Below, one piece after another: positions 28,261-35,955 of a stretch of 64,000 nt of DNA. The notes under the pieces were generated by a model that did no database searches, was not told where the DNA came from, and was given only the letters and a program-made list of their open reading frames with translations. Made by a program: the position numbers and the translations under genes. Source of the stretch: Bacteroidota bacterium (GTDB lineage: Bacteria > Bacteroidota > Ignavibacteria > SZUA-365); the NCBI GenBank assembly GCA_014860565.1, contig JACZJN010000095.1, forward strand, positions 5,198 through 69,197, in the 5' to 3' direction. The stretch's first letter is position 1, and every line of letters starts with the position of its first letter.

Positions 28261-29343
28261 CTACCCGTGGCGAATGGTAAGCATATCGCCGTCCTGGACG
28301 ATATACTCCTTCCCTTCGAGACGCCATTGTCCCGCGTCCTTGCAGGCCTGGATGGAGCCGTGCGTAACGAAGTCCTCAAAATGCACGACCTCTGCACGGA
28401 TGAAACGGTTCATAAGATCCGTGTGAATCGCGCCGGCGGCTTCATGCGCGTGCAGGTTGCGGCGAATCGTCCATGCCCTGCATTCATCTTCGCCGAATGT
28501 GAGGAAGGAAATCAGTCCGAGCATTTCATAGGCGGCCCGGATGATGCGTGTAAGAGCGGATTCCTCGATGCCGTAATCTTTCATGAACTCCGCCGCGTCT
28601 TCATCTTCCATCTGGGCAAGTTCCATTTCGATTTTTCCGAAGAAAGCATCCACAGCGATACCGTTTTCGCCATACTGTTCCTGGAGTTCGGCGACGAGAC
28701 GGTCGCGGTCGGCCATGGCGCCGTCTTCAAGATTCAGCACAACGAGCACGGGCTTGAGTGTGAGGAACTGATACCCCTTGATCAGCGCCGTATCCCGCGG
28801 ATCCATTTCCAGCGTACGGAGCGGCTTTTCCGCCTCGAGCGTCTGCTGGAACTGCTCGAGAATCACCAGTTCGCGCTTCAGTTTATCGTCCTGCTGCTTC
28901 TGTACCTGTTTGCGAAGCTTCTCAATGCGGTTTTCGATCATCGCGAGATCGCTCAGGAGGAATTCCGTTTCGAGAATCGCCACATCGCGCGAAGGATCGA
29001 TGCTTCCCTCGGGATGCGGATACAGCGGATCGTCGAACGCGCGCACGACATGCATCAGGGCGTCGTTCGTTTTCACGCTGCCGAGAAAGGCCCCGGTAAA
29101 CTGTGTCGAACTGTGGTCGCCCTTTTTCAAACCGACGACGTCGACGAATTCGATCGACGTGTAGACCGTTTTTTTCGGGTTGAAGAATTCCGCCAGTTTG
29201 TCGACACGCGCGTCAGGAATTTTCACCATGGCGACATTCGTCTGCTGCCGCGCAAGCGTCGCTTCGTCGAGATGTGTGCGCGTCATGGTCTGGAAAAGGG
29301 TGGTTTTGCCGCTGAAGGGCAATCCTACGAGTCCTATTTGCAT
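28261..29343 (-). CDS. ychF: redox-regulated ribosome-binding ATPase YchF
   Basis: MQIGLVGLPFSGKTTLF P-loop, Obg-like GTPase domain, TGS domain; start trimmed to the Met preceded by an RBS. Confidence 0.9.
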   Translation of the reverse strand: MQIGLVGLPFSGKTTLFQTMTRTHLDEATLARQQTNVAMVKIPDARVDKLAEFFNPKKTVYTSIEFVDVVGLKKGDHSSTQFTGAFLGSVKTNDALMHVVRAFDDPLYPHPEGSIDPSRDVAILETEFLLSDLAMIENRIEKLRKQVQKQQDDKLKRELVILEQFQQTLEAEKPLRTLEMDPRDTALIKGYQFLTLKPVLVVLNLEDGAMADRDRLVAELQEQYGENGIAVDAFFGKIEMELAQMEDEDAAEFMKDYGIEESALTRIIRAAYEMLGLISFLTFGEDECRAWTIRRNLHAHEAAGAIHTDLMNRFIRAEVVHFEDFVTHGSIQACKDAGQWRLEGKEYIVQDGDMLTIRHG

Positions 29344-29527
29344 TGGAGTCTGGTGTTCTGTGAAAAATGTGCGGAGACTAAGATAGTCAATCCGGCTGTG
29401 AATTGGGAATGGCGGTGGTGCACCTGTCTCGGCGCGGGGGTGCGCGCCGCTCCCAGGGCGAGCATCGTAAAATAAATGCGTCCCGTGGAGTACACGGGAC
29501 GCATGGAAAAAACGAAACGCTGTGGAA

Positions 29528-30808
29528 TTACGCGCTCTTGATCTGGTCCTTGACCCAGGTCGTGGGAACGGATTTCGGACGCGTGATCGGGAGTCCGTAT
29601 GCGCGGGCAACAACTGCCTGCGAGGTGATGCCGAGTGCGCGGCTGACGGAGAAGAGCACCGTGTAGTAATCGAACTCGGTCAGTCCGTAGTGGTAGAGCA
29701 GCGCGCCGGAACCGGCGTCGACGTTCGGCCACGGATCCGCGATCTTCTGAACCTGGCGAAGAACGCCCGGCACGACATCGAATACATTGGAAACGGTTTT
29801 GAATACGTCATCGCCGCCGCAATATTCCTTGCCGAAAGCGAGGAACGCGTCGAAGCGCGGATCGGTGATGCGGAGCACGGCATGTCCGTAGCCCGGAATG
29901 ACCTTGCCGGATTCGAGGGTCTCCCAAGCGAACTTCTCGAGTTCTTCAGGAGTCGGAGCGCCGCCGAACTTCTCATTGACTTCAATGATCCACTTCAGGC
30001 ACTCCTGGTTCGCCAGACCATGCAGCGGACCCGCGAGACCGTTGAGGCCGGCGGAGAGCGCATAGTACAGATCGGAAAGCGCGCTGTTGACGGTCGCGGC
30101 CGAATAGGCGCTGACGTTGCCGCCTTCATGGTCGCTGTGCAGCACGAGATACAGGCGCATGAGTTTGGTGAATTCGCCGTTGGGGTCGCCGAGGCCAAGC
30201 ATGTGCACATAATTCGCGGACCAGTCGAGATCGGGATTCGGTGCGATGGGATCGCCCTTGCCGAAACGCTTGCGGTAAATCCACGCGGCGATTTCGGGCA
30301 GCTTCGCAACGATCGCAATGGCGTCGGCCAGCGTCGCATCCCAGTACTCGTCCTTCGTCATGCCCTCGTTGTAGCGCTTGGCGAAGATCGATTCTTTCTG
30401 CATGATGAGGATGGCGGTGTTGAACATGGCCATCGGGTGGGAATCCGCGGGCATGGCACTGAGCACGTCCCAGACGTAGGACGGCACGTTCATGTTCGCT
30501 TTCAGCTGTGCCTGGAGGTCGGCAAGTTCTTCGGCGTTCGGGAGGTGCCCCGAGAGCAGGAGGTAGTAGATTTCTTCTGGCAGCTTCTCTGTCAGCTCTT
30601 TGAGCTCGATGCCGCGAATGATAAGACCTTTGTCCGGCGGAACTACCGAGGTGTCGCAAACGAGACCCTTCACGCCGCGCATGCCGCCGTAAACCTGCTT
30701 GATGGTTACCTGGGAAACAACCTGGTCCCCGTGCTCTTTGAGAAGCTGACGGATTTCGTCACGCTGGGGAGCATAGATTGCAGCCAGTTTTTCCTGGAGT
30801 ATGGGCAT
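29528..30808 (-). CDS. gltA: citrate synthase
   Basis: full-length citrate synthase signature (catalytic His/Asp region, ...GYGHAVLR...); ATG 30808 preceded by aaggaagga. Confidence 0.9.
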   Translation of the reverse strand: MPILQEKLAAIYAPQRDEIRQLLKEHGDQVVSQVTIKQVYGGMRGVKGLVCDTSVVPPDKGLIIRGIELKELTEKLPEEIYYLLLSGHLPNAEELADLQAQLKANMNVPSYVWDVLSAMPADSHPMAMFNTAILIMQKESIFAKRYNEGMTKDEYWDATLADAIAIVAKLPEIAAWIYRKRFGKGDPIAPNPDLDWSANYVHMLGLGDPNGEFTKLMRLYLVLHSDHEGGNVSAYSAATVNSALSDLYYALSAGLNGLAGPLHGLANQECLKWIIEVNEKFGGAPTPEELEKFAWETLESGKVIPGYGHAVLRITDPRFDAFLAFGKEYCGGDDVFKTVSNVFDVVPGVLRQVQKIADPWPNVDAGSGALLYHYGLTEFDYYTVLFSVSRALGITSQAVVARAYGLPITRPKSVPTTWVKDQIKSA

Positions 30809-31082
30809 ACGTCCTTCCTTGTTGAATGAATATTGAGAAAGTGGATTAGGGATCAATAGTTAATAAAGTATCAATTCGCAGACAAAAAAGAAAGACGCGG
30901 TGGAGAAAAATGCGTTCCCGATCTCAAACACGCAGAATCGGATTATGATACGTTGATAATCATTTATTCTGGTCGCTGGATTTCGTATATTCCCGCAAAT
31001 CTCTTTTACTGAAGGGAACGGTCGCTGTTCTGCAGCAGCGTCGTCGGCACTCTTCACGTTCCGTAGTACCACAGGTGACGAT

Positions 31083-31481
31083 ATGTTTGATGAACACGAT
31101 GAACTCGTACGCGTGGCCGCCGCCGTTATCATGGATGGCGAAAAAATTCTTATCTGCCAACGGGGCATCAATCATCGTTATGGCCTGAAATGGGAATTCC
31201 CGGGAGGAAAGACACTGCCGGGAGAACCGCTGCGCGAATGTCTCGAACGTGAACTCTGGGAGGAACTCGACATCGAGCCCGTTCGTCCGAAGGAACTGAA
31301 GACCATTCAGGTGACCTACAGCGACGGCGGCAATTTCCTCATCACGTTTTTCATGGTCACCGAGTATACCGGCGCGATCCGGAATAAAGTATTCGAGGAC
31401 ATAAAATGGGTCACCTTGTCCGATATCACATCCTATGAGATGCTCGAGGGCTCCCTTCCGATTCTTCCCTATCTTTCATGA
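31083..31481 (+). CDS. mutT: Nudix hydrolase, MutT-like (putative 8-oxo-dGTP diphosphatase)
   Basis: 132 aa; Nudix box GGKTLPGEPLRECLERELWEELDI; size and context match MutT. Confidence 0.65.
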   Translation: MFDEHDELVRVAAAVIMDGEKILICQRGINHRYGLKWEFPGGKTLPGEPLRECLERELWEELDIEPVRPKELKTIQVTYSDGGNFLITFFMVTEYTGAIRNKVFEDIKWVTLSDITSYEMLEGSLPILPYLS

Positions 31482-32470
31482 TCCCGGCGAGAGACAGCGA
31501 GTATCCTGATCCTGATCTCTCCCGCCGGCGTGTTCTGCGTCAGCGCGTCCTGCGATGGTACGCGCGGCATCGTCGCGTCCTCCCCTGGCGCGACGTCGAT
31601 AACCCCTACAGCATCATGGTCAGCGAATTCATGCTGCAGCAGACGCAGGTCTCCCGCGTCCTCGACCACCTTCCTCGCTGGCTCGAGCGCTTCCCCGACC
31701 TCCCCGCGCTGGCGCGCGCATCCCGCCGCGATGTGCTGCTCGCCTGGTCGGGCATGGGCTACAACCGCCGCGCCCTGCAGCTGCACGCCGCCGCGCAGTC
31801 CATCGTCGCGGAATTCGGCGGCGTGCTCCCCTCGGATCCCGCGCTTCTGCAGCAGCTCCCCGGCTTCGGCCGCTACACGGCGCACGCGGTCGCCTGCTTC
31901 GGCCATCGTCGGCGCCTGCCGCTCGTCGAAGTGAATATCCGCCGCGTCCTCTCGCGGTTGACGACGGACATGCAAAGCGAAACGCGGCTCCTGCCGGAAG
32001 CGGAAACCTGGCGCCTCGCCGAACTGCTGCTTCCCCCCCGCGCGTTCTACGACTGGAACCAGGCGCTGATGGATCTCGGGGCGACGATCTGCACTGCCCG
32101 TGCCCCGAAATGCGACCGCTGTCCACTGCAGGCGGAATGTCCCTCCGCGCATCGGCTTGTTCCAGATACTATTCGGCGTTCGCCAGCCGGAGTCACCGCA
32201 TACAATCTGGTACGGGAAGTTCCCCGCCGCATATATCGCGGACGTGTGGTGGAATTCCTCCGTGGCGCCGAGGGACATTGCACCTCTGCCTCGCGTCTCC
32301 ACCGCGTTCTCTTCGATATCGACGGTGAAGAAGAGCGCGCGCGTCTGCTCGACATCCTCGCCACGCTGGAGCGGGACGGCATGGTGCGTGTCACGCGGAG
32401 AAAGAAACCGGTGGAGGTACGCAACTGCGTCGCTCCGCTCGCTGAACTTCGTGTCTGCCTGACGGAGTGA
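31478..32470 (+). CDS. mutY: A/G-specific adenine DNA glycosylase (HhH-GPD, [4Fe-4S])
   Basis: MutY-like N-terminus LRWY..R.LPWR...PY...VSE.MLQQTQV, HhH-GPD, 4-Cys cluster C-x6-C-x2-C-x5-C, C-terminal MutT-like domain. Confidence 0.75.
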   Translation: MIPARDSEYPDPDLSRRRVLRQRVLRWYARHRRVLPWRDVDNPYSIMVSEFMLQQTQVSRVLDHLPRWLERFPDLPALARASRRDVLLAWSGMGYNRRALQLHAAAQSIVAEFGGVLPSDPALLQQLPGFGRYTAHAVACFGHRRRLPLVEVNIRRVLSRLTTDMQSETRLLPEAETWRLAELLLPPRAFYDWNQALMDLGATICTARAPKCDRCPLQAECPSAHRLVPDTIRRSPAGVTAYNLVREVPRRIYRGRVVEFLRGAEGHCTSASRLHRVLFDIDGEEERARLLDILATLERDGMVRVTRRKKPVEVRNCVAPLAELRVCLTE

Positions 32471-33108
32471 TGATGAGAATGAAGAAAACCGATCGCGACG
32501 AACTCCTCGCCCGGTACGCGGAACACCGTCTGGCAATCCGTACCCGGCTGAGTGAATTTCGCGCCGTTGCTCCGGAACGCCATTTCTACGAACTCTGCTA
32601 TTGCCTGATGACCCCGCAATCGAGCGCCCTGCAGTGCCATGCCGTCGCGATGGAACTGGAGCGGCGGGGATTCCGCGAACAGCCGTTCGATCCGGCTCCC
32701 CTCCTGCGTTCGTGGCAGAACGGCTACGTCCGCTTCCACAACACAAAGGCGCGCCGTCTGCTCGAGGCGCGGGAATCCTTCCCCGCCATCGCGGAAATAC
32801 TCGCGCAGGAGACAGAGGATAAGCAGATCCGCAATACGCTGGCCGCGAGCGTTCGCGGCATCGGACTCAAGGAAGCCAGCCATTTCCTCCGCAACATCGG
32901 CCGCACGCAGGTCACGATCGTCGACCGGCACATCCTCCGGAATCTCGTGCGGCTCGGCGCACTCCCGGATTGGCCCGCGAGCATTTCCACGAAACGGTAT
33001 CTGGCAATTGAAGCGCTGTTTGAGGATCTTGCGGATACGCTCGCGATTCCGGCCGACGAACTCGATCTCCTGCTCTGGCAGCGCGAGACCGGCTTTGTTC
33101 TCAAGTGA
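32470..33108 (+). CDS. ogg: Ogg2-type 8-oxoguanine DNA glycosylase/AP lyase (small HhH-GPD)
   Basis: ~212 aa; HhH motif GIGLKEASHFLRNIG followed by the Asp in VDRH; size and motif match archaeal-type Ogg2. Confidence 0.55.
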   Translation: MMRMKKTDRDELLARYAEHRLAIRTRLSEFRAVAPERHFYELCYCLMTPQSSALQCHAVAMELERRGFREQPFDPAPLLRSWQNGYVRFHNTKARRLLEARESFPAIAEILAQETEDKQIRNTLAASVRGIGLKEASHFLRNIGRTQVTIVDRHILRNLVRLGALPDWPASISTKRYLAIEALFEDLADTLAIPADELDLLLWQRETGFVLK

Positions 33109-33974
33109 ACCGGGAGGTTTCTGCCGCTGGCGGACCAGCCAGGTTGGAAGAACTCATGAAGCACAGGACAGCATTGACACCGTCGACTCCCCATATCATT
33201 CCCCCCGGCATCGTCTTCGATCACGTACAGTTTTCGTATGGTGAAACTCCCGTACTGCGCGATGTGACCTTCGCGGTCGAGCCAGGGGAATTCGTGGGAG
33301 TGATCGGACCAAACGGTGCAGGAAAAACCACGCTGCTTCGATTGCTGACAGGCGTGCGCGCGTCCAGCGCCGGACAGGTTCGCATCGGAGAACGCGATGT
33401 GCTTTCCATTCCCTCGAACGAACGCGCGCATCTGTTGGCGGTGGTCCCGCAGAACGAGTCCGTGATCTTCCCCTACACCGTCGAAGCGATGGTACTGCTC
33501 GGCCGCTTCCCGCATACCTCCTTTCTCGGCTACGAAAGAGAGGAAGATCTACGCGTCGCGCGCAGCACAATGGAACTTGTAGGGGTTGCCCATCTCGCCG
33601 CGCGCAGCGTCACCGATCTCTCGGGCGGCGAACAGCATCGCGTACTCATCGCGCGCGCACTCGCACAGCAGGCGCCCGTGCTTCTCCTCGACGAACCGAA
33701 CGCGCATCTCGATCTGCATTACCAGGTTGCGCTCTTCGATCTGCTGGCGAAGCTCCATCGCGACGAAGGACGTACCGTGTTGATCATCACGCATGACCTC
33801 AACCTCGCGGGAATGTACTGCGACCGCATCATCCTTCTCTCGGACGGCAGCGCAGCCGCCTGGGGCACGCCGGCCGAGGTACTGCGCGAGGATATCCTCG
33901 AAGAACATTTCCGCGTCAACGTCCGCGTCGACGGCGGCGATCGTCCCCACGTGCGCGTGGTACGGGCGGGATAA
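33105..33974 (+). CDS. ABC transporter ATP-binding protein (FepC/BtuD-like)
   Basis: Walker A GPNGAGKTT, signature LSGGEQ, Walker B LLLDEP, H-loop; GTG start overlaps the ogg stop; alternative ATG at 33156. Confidence 0.8.
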   Translation: MNREVSAAGGPARLEELMKHRTALTPSTPHIIPPGIVFDHVQFSYGETPVLRDVTFAVEPGEFVGVIGPNGAGKTTLLRLLTGVRASSAGQVRIGERDVLSIPSNERAHLLAVVPQNESVIFPYTVEAMVLLGRFPHTSFLGYEREEDLRVARSTMELVGVAHLAARSVTDLSGGEQHRVLIARALAQQAPVLLLDEPNAHLDLHYQVALFDLLAKLHRDEGRTVLIITHDLNLAGMYCDRIILLSDGSAAAWGTPAEVLREDILEEHFRVNVRVDGGDRPHVRVVRAG

Positions 33975-34040
33975 AACGCATGTGCGGGCGGTGCGGAGGG
34001 GGCAGGCAATGACCGAGCCGTTGGCTCGGCGCGACGGCTT

Positions 34041-34068
34041 GCCAACAGCCAAAGGCCAATAGCCAAAG
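34041..34068. repeat. four tandem heptamers GCCAAnn upstream of nusB; the same motif appears inverted x3 at 8735-8755
   Basis: gccaaca gccaaag gccaata gccaaag read directly. Confidence 0.4.
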
Positions 34069-34112
34069 TCGCCCCGCATTGTTCCATGCACGTCTACAGC
34101 GTATCTTTGTGC

Positions 34113-34583
34113 ATGCAACCGACGAACAGGAAAACCCGGCGCGAAGTGCGCGAGAAGGCGATGCAGGTGCTGTACGCCTATGAAATTTCGCGCGAGCCGA
34201 TTGAAATGCTGATGGAGACCATCGCGGGCGAGGAACTCAACGACGACGAAGAGATGTACCGCTTCGCCCAGGCGCTGGTGTATTCCGTTTTGAATCACAA
34301 GGCCGAAGCAGACATGCTGATCCGGGAGAAGGCGCAGAACTGGAATTTTGACCGCATCGCGACGCTCGACCTGATGCTGCTGCGCATGGGCATTGTCGAG
34401 TTCGTCTACTTTCCCGAGATTCCGGTGAAGGTGACCATCAACGAATGCGTCGAAATCGCCAAGCGCTACAGCACAGAACAGAGCAGCCGCTTCATCAACG
34501 GCATGCTCGACGGCATTCACGCTGCACTGAAGGATCAGGACCGCATCAAGAAGGAAGGCCGCGGCCTCGTCGGTAATTCGTAA
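34113..34583 (+). CDS. nusB: transcription antitermination factor NusB
   Basis: NusB fold motifs (REKAMQVLY, DRIATLDLMLLR...). Confidence 0.8.
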   Translation: MQPTNRKTRREVREKAMQVLYAYEISREPIEMLMETIAGEELNDDEEMYRFAQALVYSVLNHKAEADMLIREKAQNWNFDRIATLDLMLLRMGIVEFVYFPEIPVKVTINECVEIAKRYSTEQSSRFINGMLDGIHAALKDQDRIKKEGRGLVGNS

Positions 34584-34608
34584 CACCCTGACGTAGAGAA
34601 AGGACGGC

Positions 34609-35952
34609 ATGACAGTATCCGCCGCCGCATTGCAGTCGCGCCGCGCGCATGATCGCGTGCTGCATGGCTGGTACATGTACGACTGGGCCAACTCCGCCTT
34701 CGCCGTCACGATTCTCTCCGCGCTCTTCGGTCCGTATCTCAGCCGCGTCGTCGTGCCCGAGGCAGGAGTGGACATTCCCCTGCTCGGCATACACGCTCTC
34801 AGCGCCACGTCGCTCTACGGCTACACGCTCGGACTCTCCGCCCTTCTCGTCCTGCTCTCCTCCCCCATCCTGGGCGCCATCGCCGACTCCACCGCCTCGA
34901 AAAAACGCTTCCTCATGTTTTTCTGCTATCTCGGCAGCTTCAGTTCGCTGATGCTCTTTTTCGTCGAGGCGGGAGATGTGTGGCTGGCGCTGATGCTGTT
35001 CATGCTGGGGAATTTCAGCTTCGTCTCCTCGAATGTCTTCTACGATTCCTTCCTTCCGCATATCGCCACGCCGGAGATGCAGGACGTGGTGTCGGGCAAA
35101 GGATATTCCTACGGCTACGCCGGGGGCGGATTGCTGTTTCTGCTTCAGCTGCTGCTCGTCCAGTTTCACGAGACCATCGGCCTCGCGGAAGTGACCGCCG
35201 TGCGCATGTCGCTCGGCAGCGTCGGACTCTGGTGGGGCGGCTTCGCGATGATCACCTTCTCCCGTTTGAAGGAACCGCAAATCACTCCTTCCGGCAAGAG
35301 CAGTGCGCAGCTGGTGGCGGACGGCTTCCGCCGTATCATGCGCACTATGAAACTCGTGCGTTCCCTGCGGCAGATGGGACTCTTCCTCCTCGCGTTCATG
35401 ATCTACAACGACGGCATTCAGACCGTCATCGCCATGGCCACGATCTACGGCAGCGAGGAACTTGGTTTCGATACGCTGACGCTGATGGGCGCGCTGCTCA
35501 TGATACAGTTCGTGGGCGTCGCAGGCTCGCAGCTCTTCGGCATGCTCGCCAAACGCTTCGGGGCGAAGGTGATGGTCCTCGTCTCGCTCGTGATATGGAC
35601 CTGCGTCGTCGTATACGCCTTCTTCATGACGCAGCCGATGGAGTTCTGGATTCTAGGCGCCGTGGTGGGACTCGTGCTTGGCGGCAGCCAGGCACTTTCG
35701 CGTTCGCTCTACAGCCGCATTATTCCGCCCTCCGCCTCGGCAGAGTTTTTCGGCTTCTTCTCCGTGTTCGAAAAGTTCAGCGCGATCTGGGGACCCATCG
35801 TCTTCGCCGTCATCCGCCAGCTCACCGGAAGCGCGCGCCTGAGCATCATCTCGCTCGTCGCCTTCTTCCTCGTCGGCGGAGCCATTCTGACTCTCGTCCG
35901 CATGCGGGAAGCGGAAGCCGAACGCGATACTCTGGAGAGCGCACTGGGATAA
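34609..35952 (+). CDS. MFS transporter (UMF1/Atg22-like subfamily)
   Basis: 12-TM MFS topology; WYMYDWANSAF N-terminus typical of this subfamily. Confidence 0.7.
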   Translation: MTVSAAALQSRRAHDRVLHGWYMYDWANSAFAVTILSALFGPYLSRVVVPEAGVDIPLLGIHALSATSLYGYTLGLSALLVLLSSPILGAIADSTASKKRFLMFFCYLGSFSSLMLFFVEAGDVWLALMLFMLGNFSFVSSNVFYDSFLPHIATPEMQDVVSGKGYSYGYAGGGLLFLLQLLLVQFHETIGLAEVTAVRMSLGSVGLWWGGFAMITFSRLKEPQITPSGKSSAQLVADGFRRIMRTMKLVRSLRQMGLFLLAFMIYNDGIQTVIAMATIYGSEELGFDTLTLMGALLMIQFVGVAGSQLFGMLAKRFGAKVMVLVSLVIWTCVVVYAFFMTQPMEFWILGAVVGLVLGGSQALSRSLYSRIIPPSASAEFFGFFSVFEKFSAIWGPIVFAVIRQLTGSARLSIISLVAFFLVGGAILTLVRMREAEAERDTLESALG

Positions 35953-35955
35953 CCC

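Noticed and set aside
28203-28397. 64-aa ORF inside the ychF 3' repeat block
   Set aside because: Generated by the GC-rich repeats; overlaps the ychF C-terminus region on the other strand.
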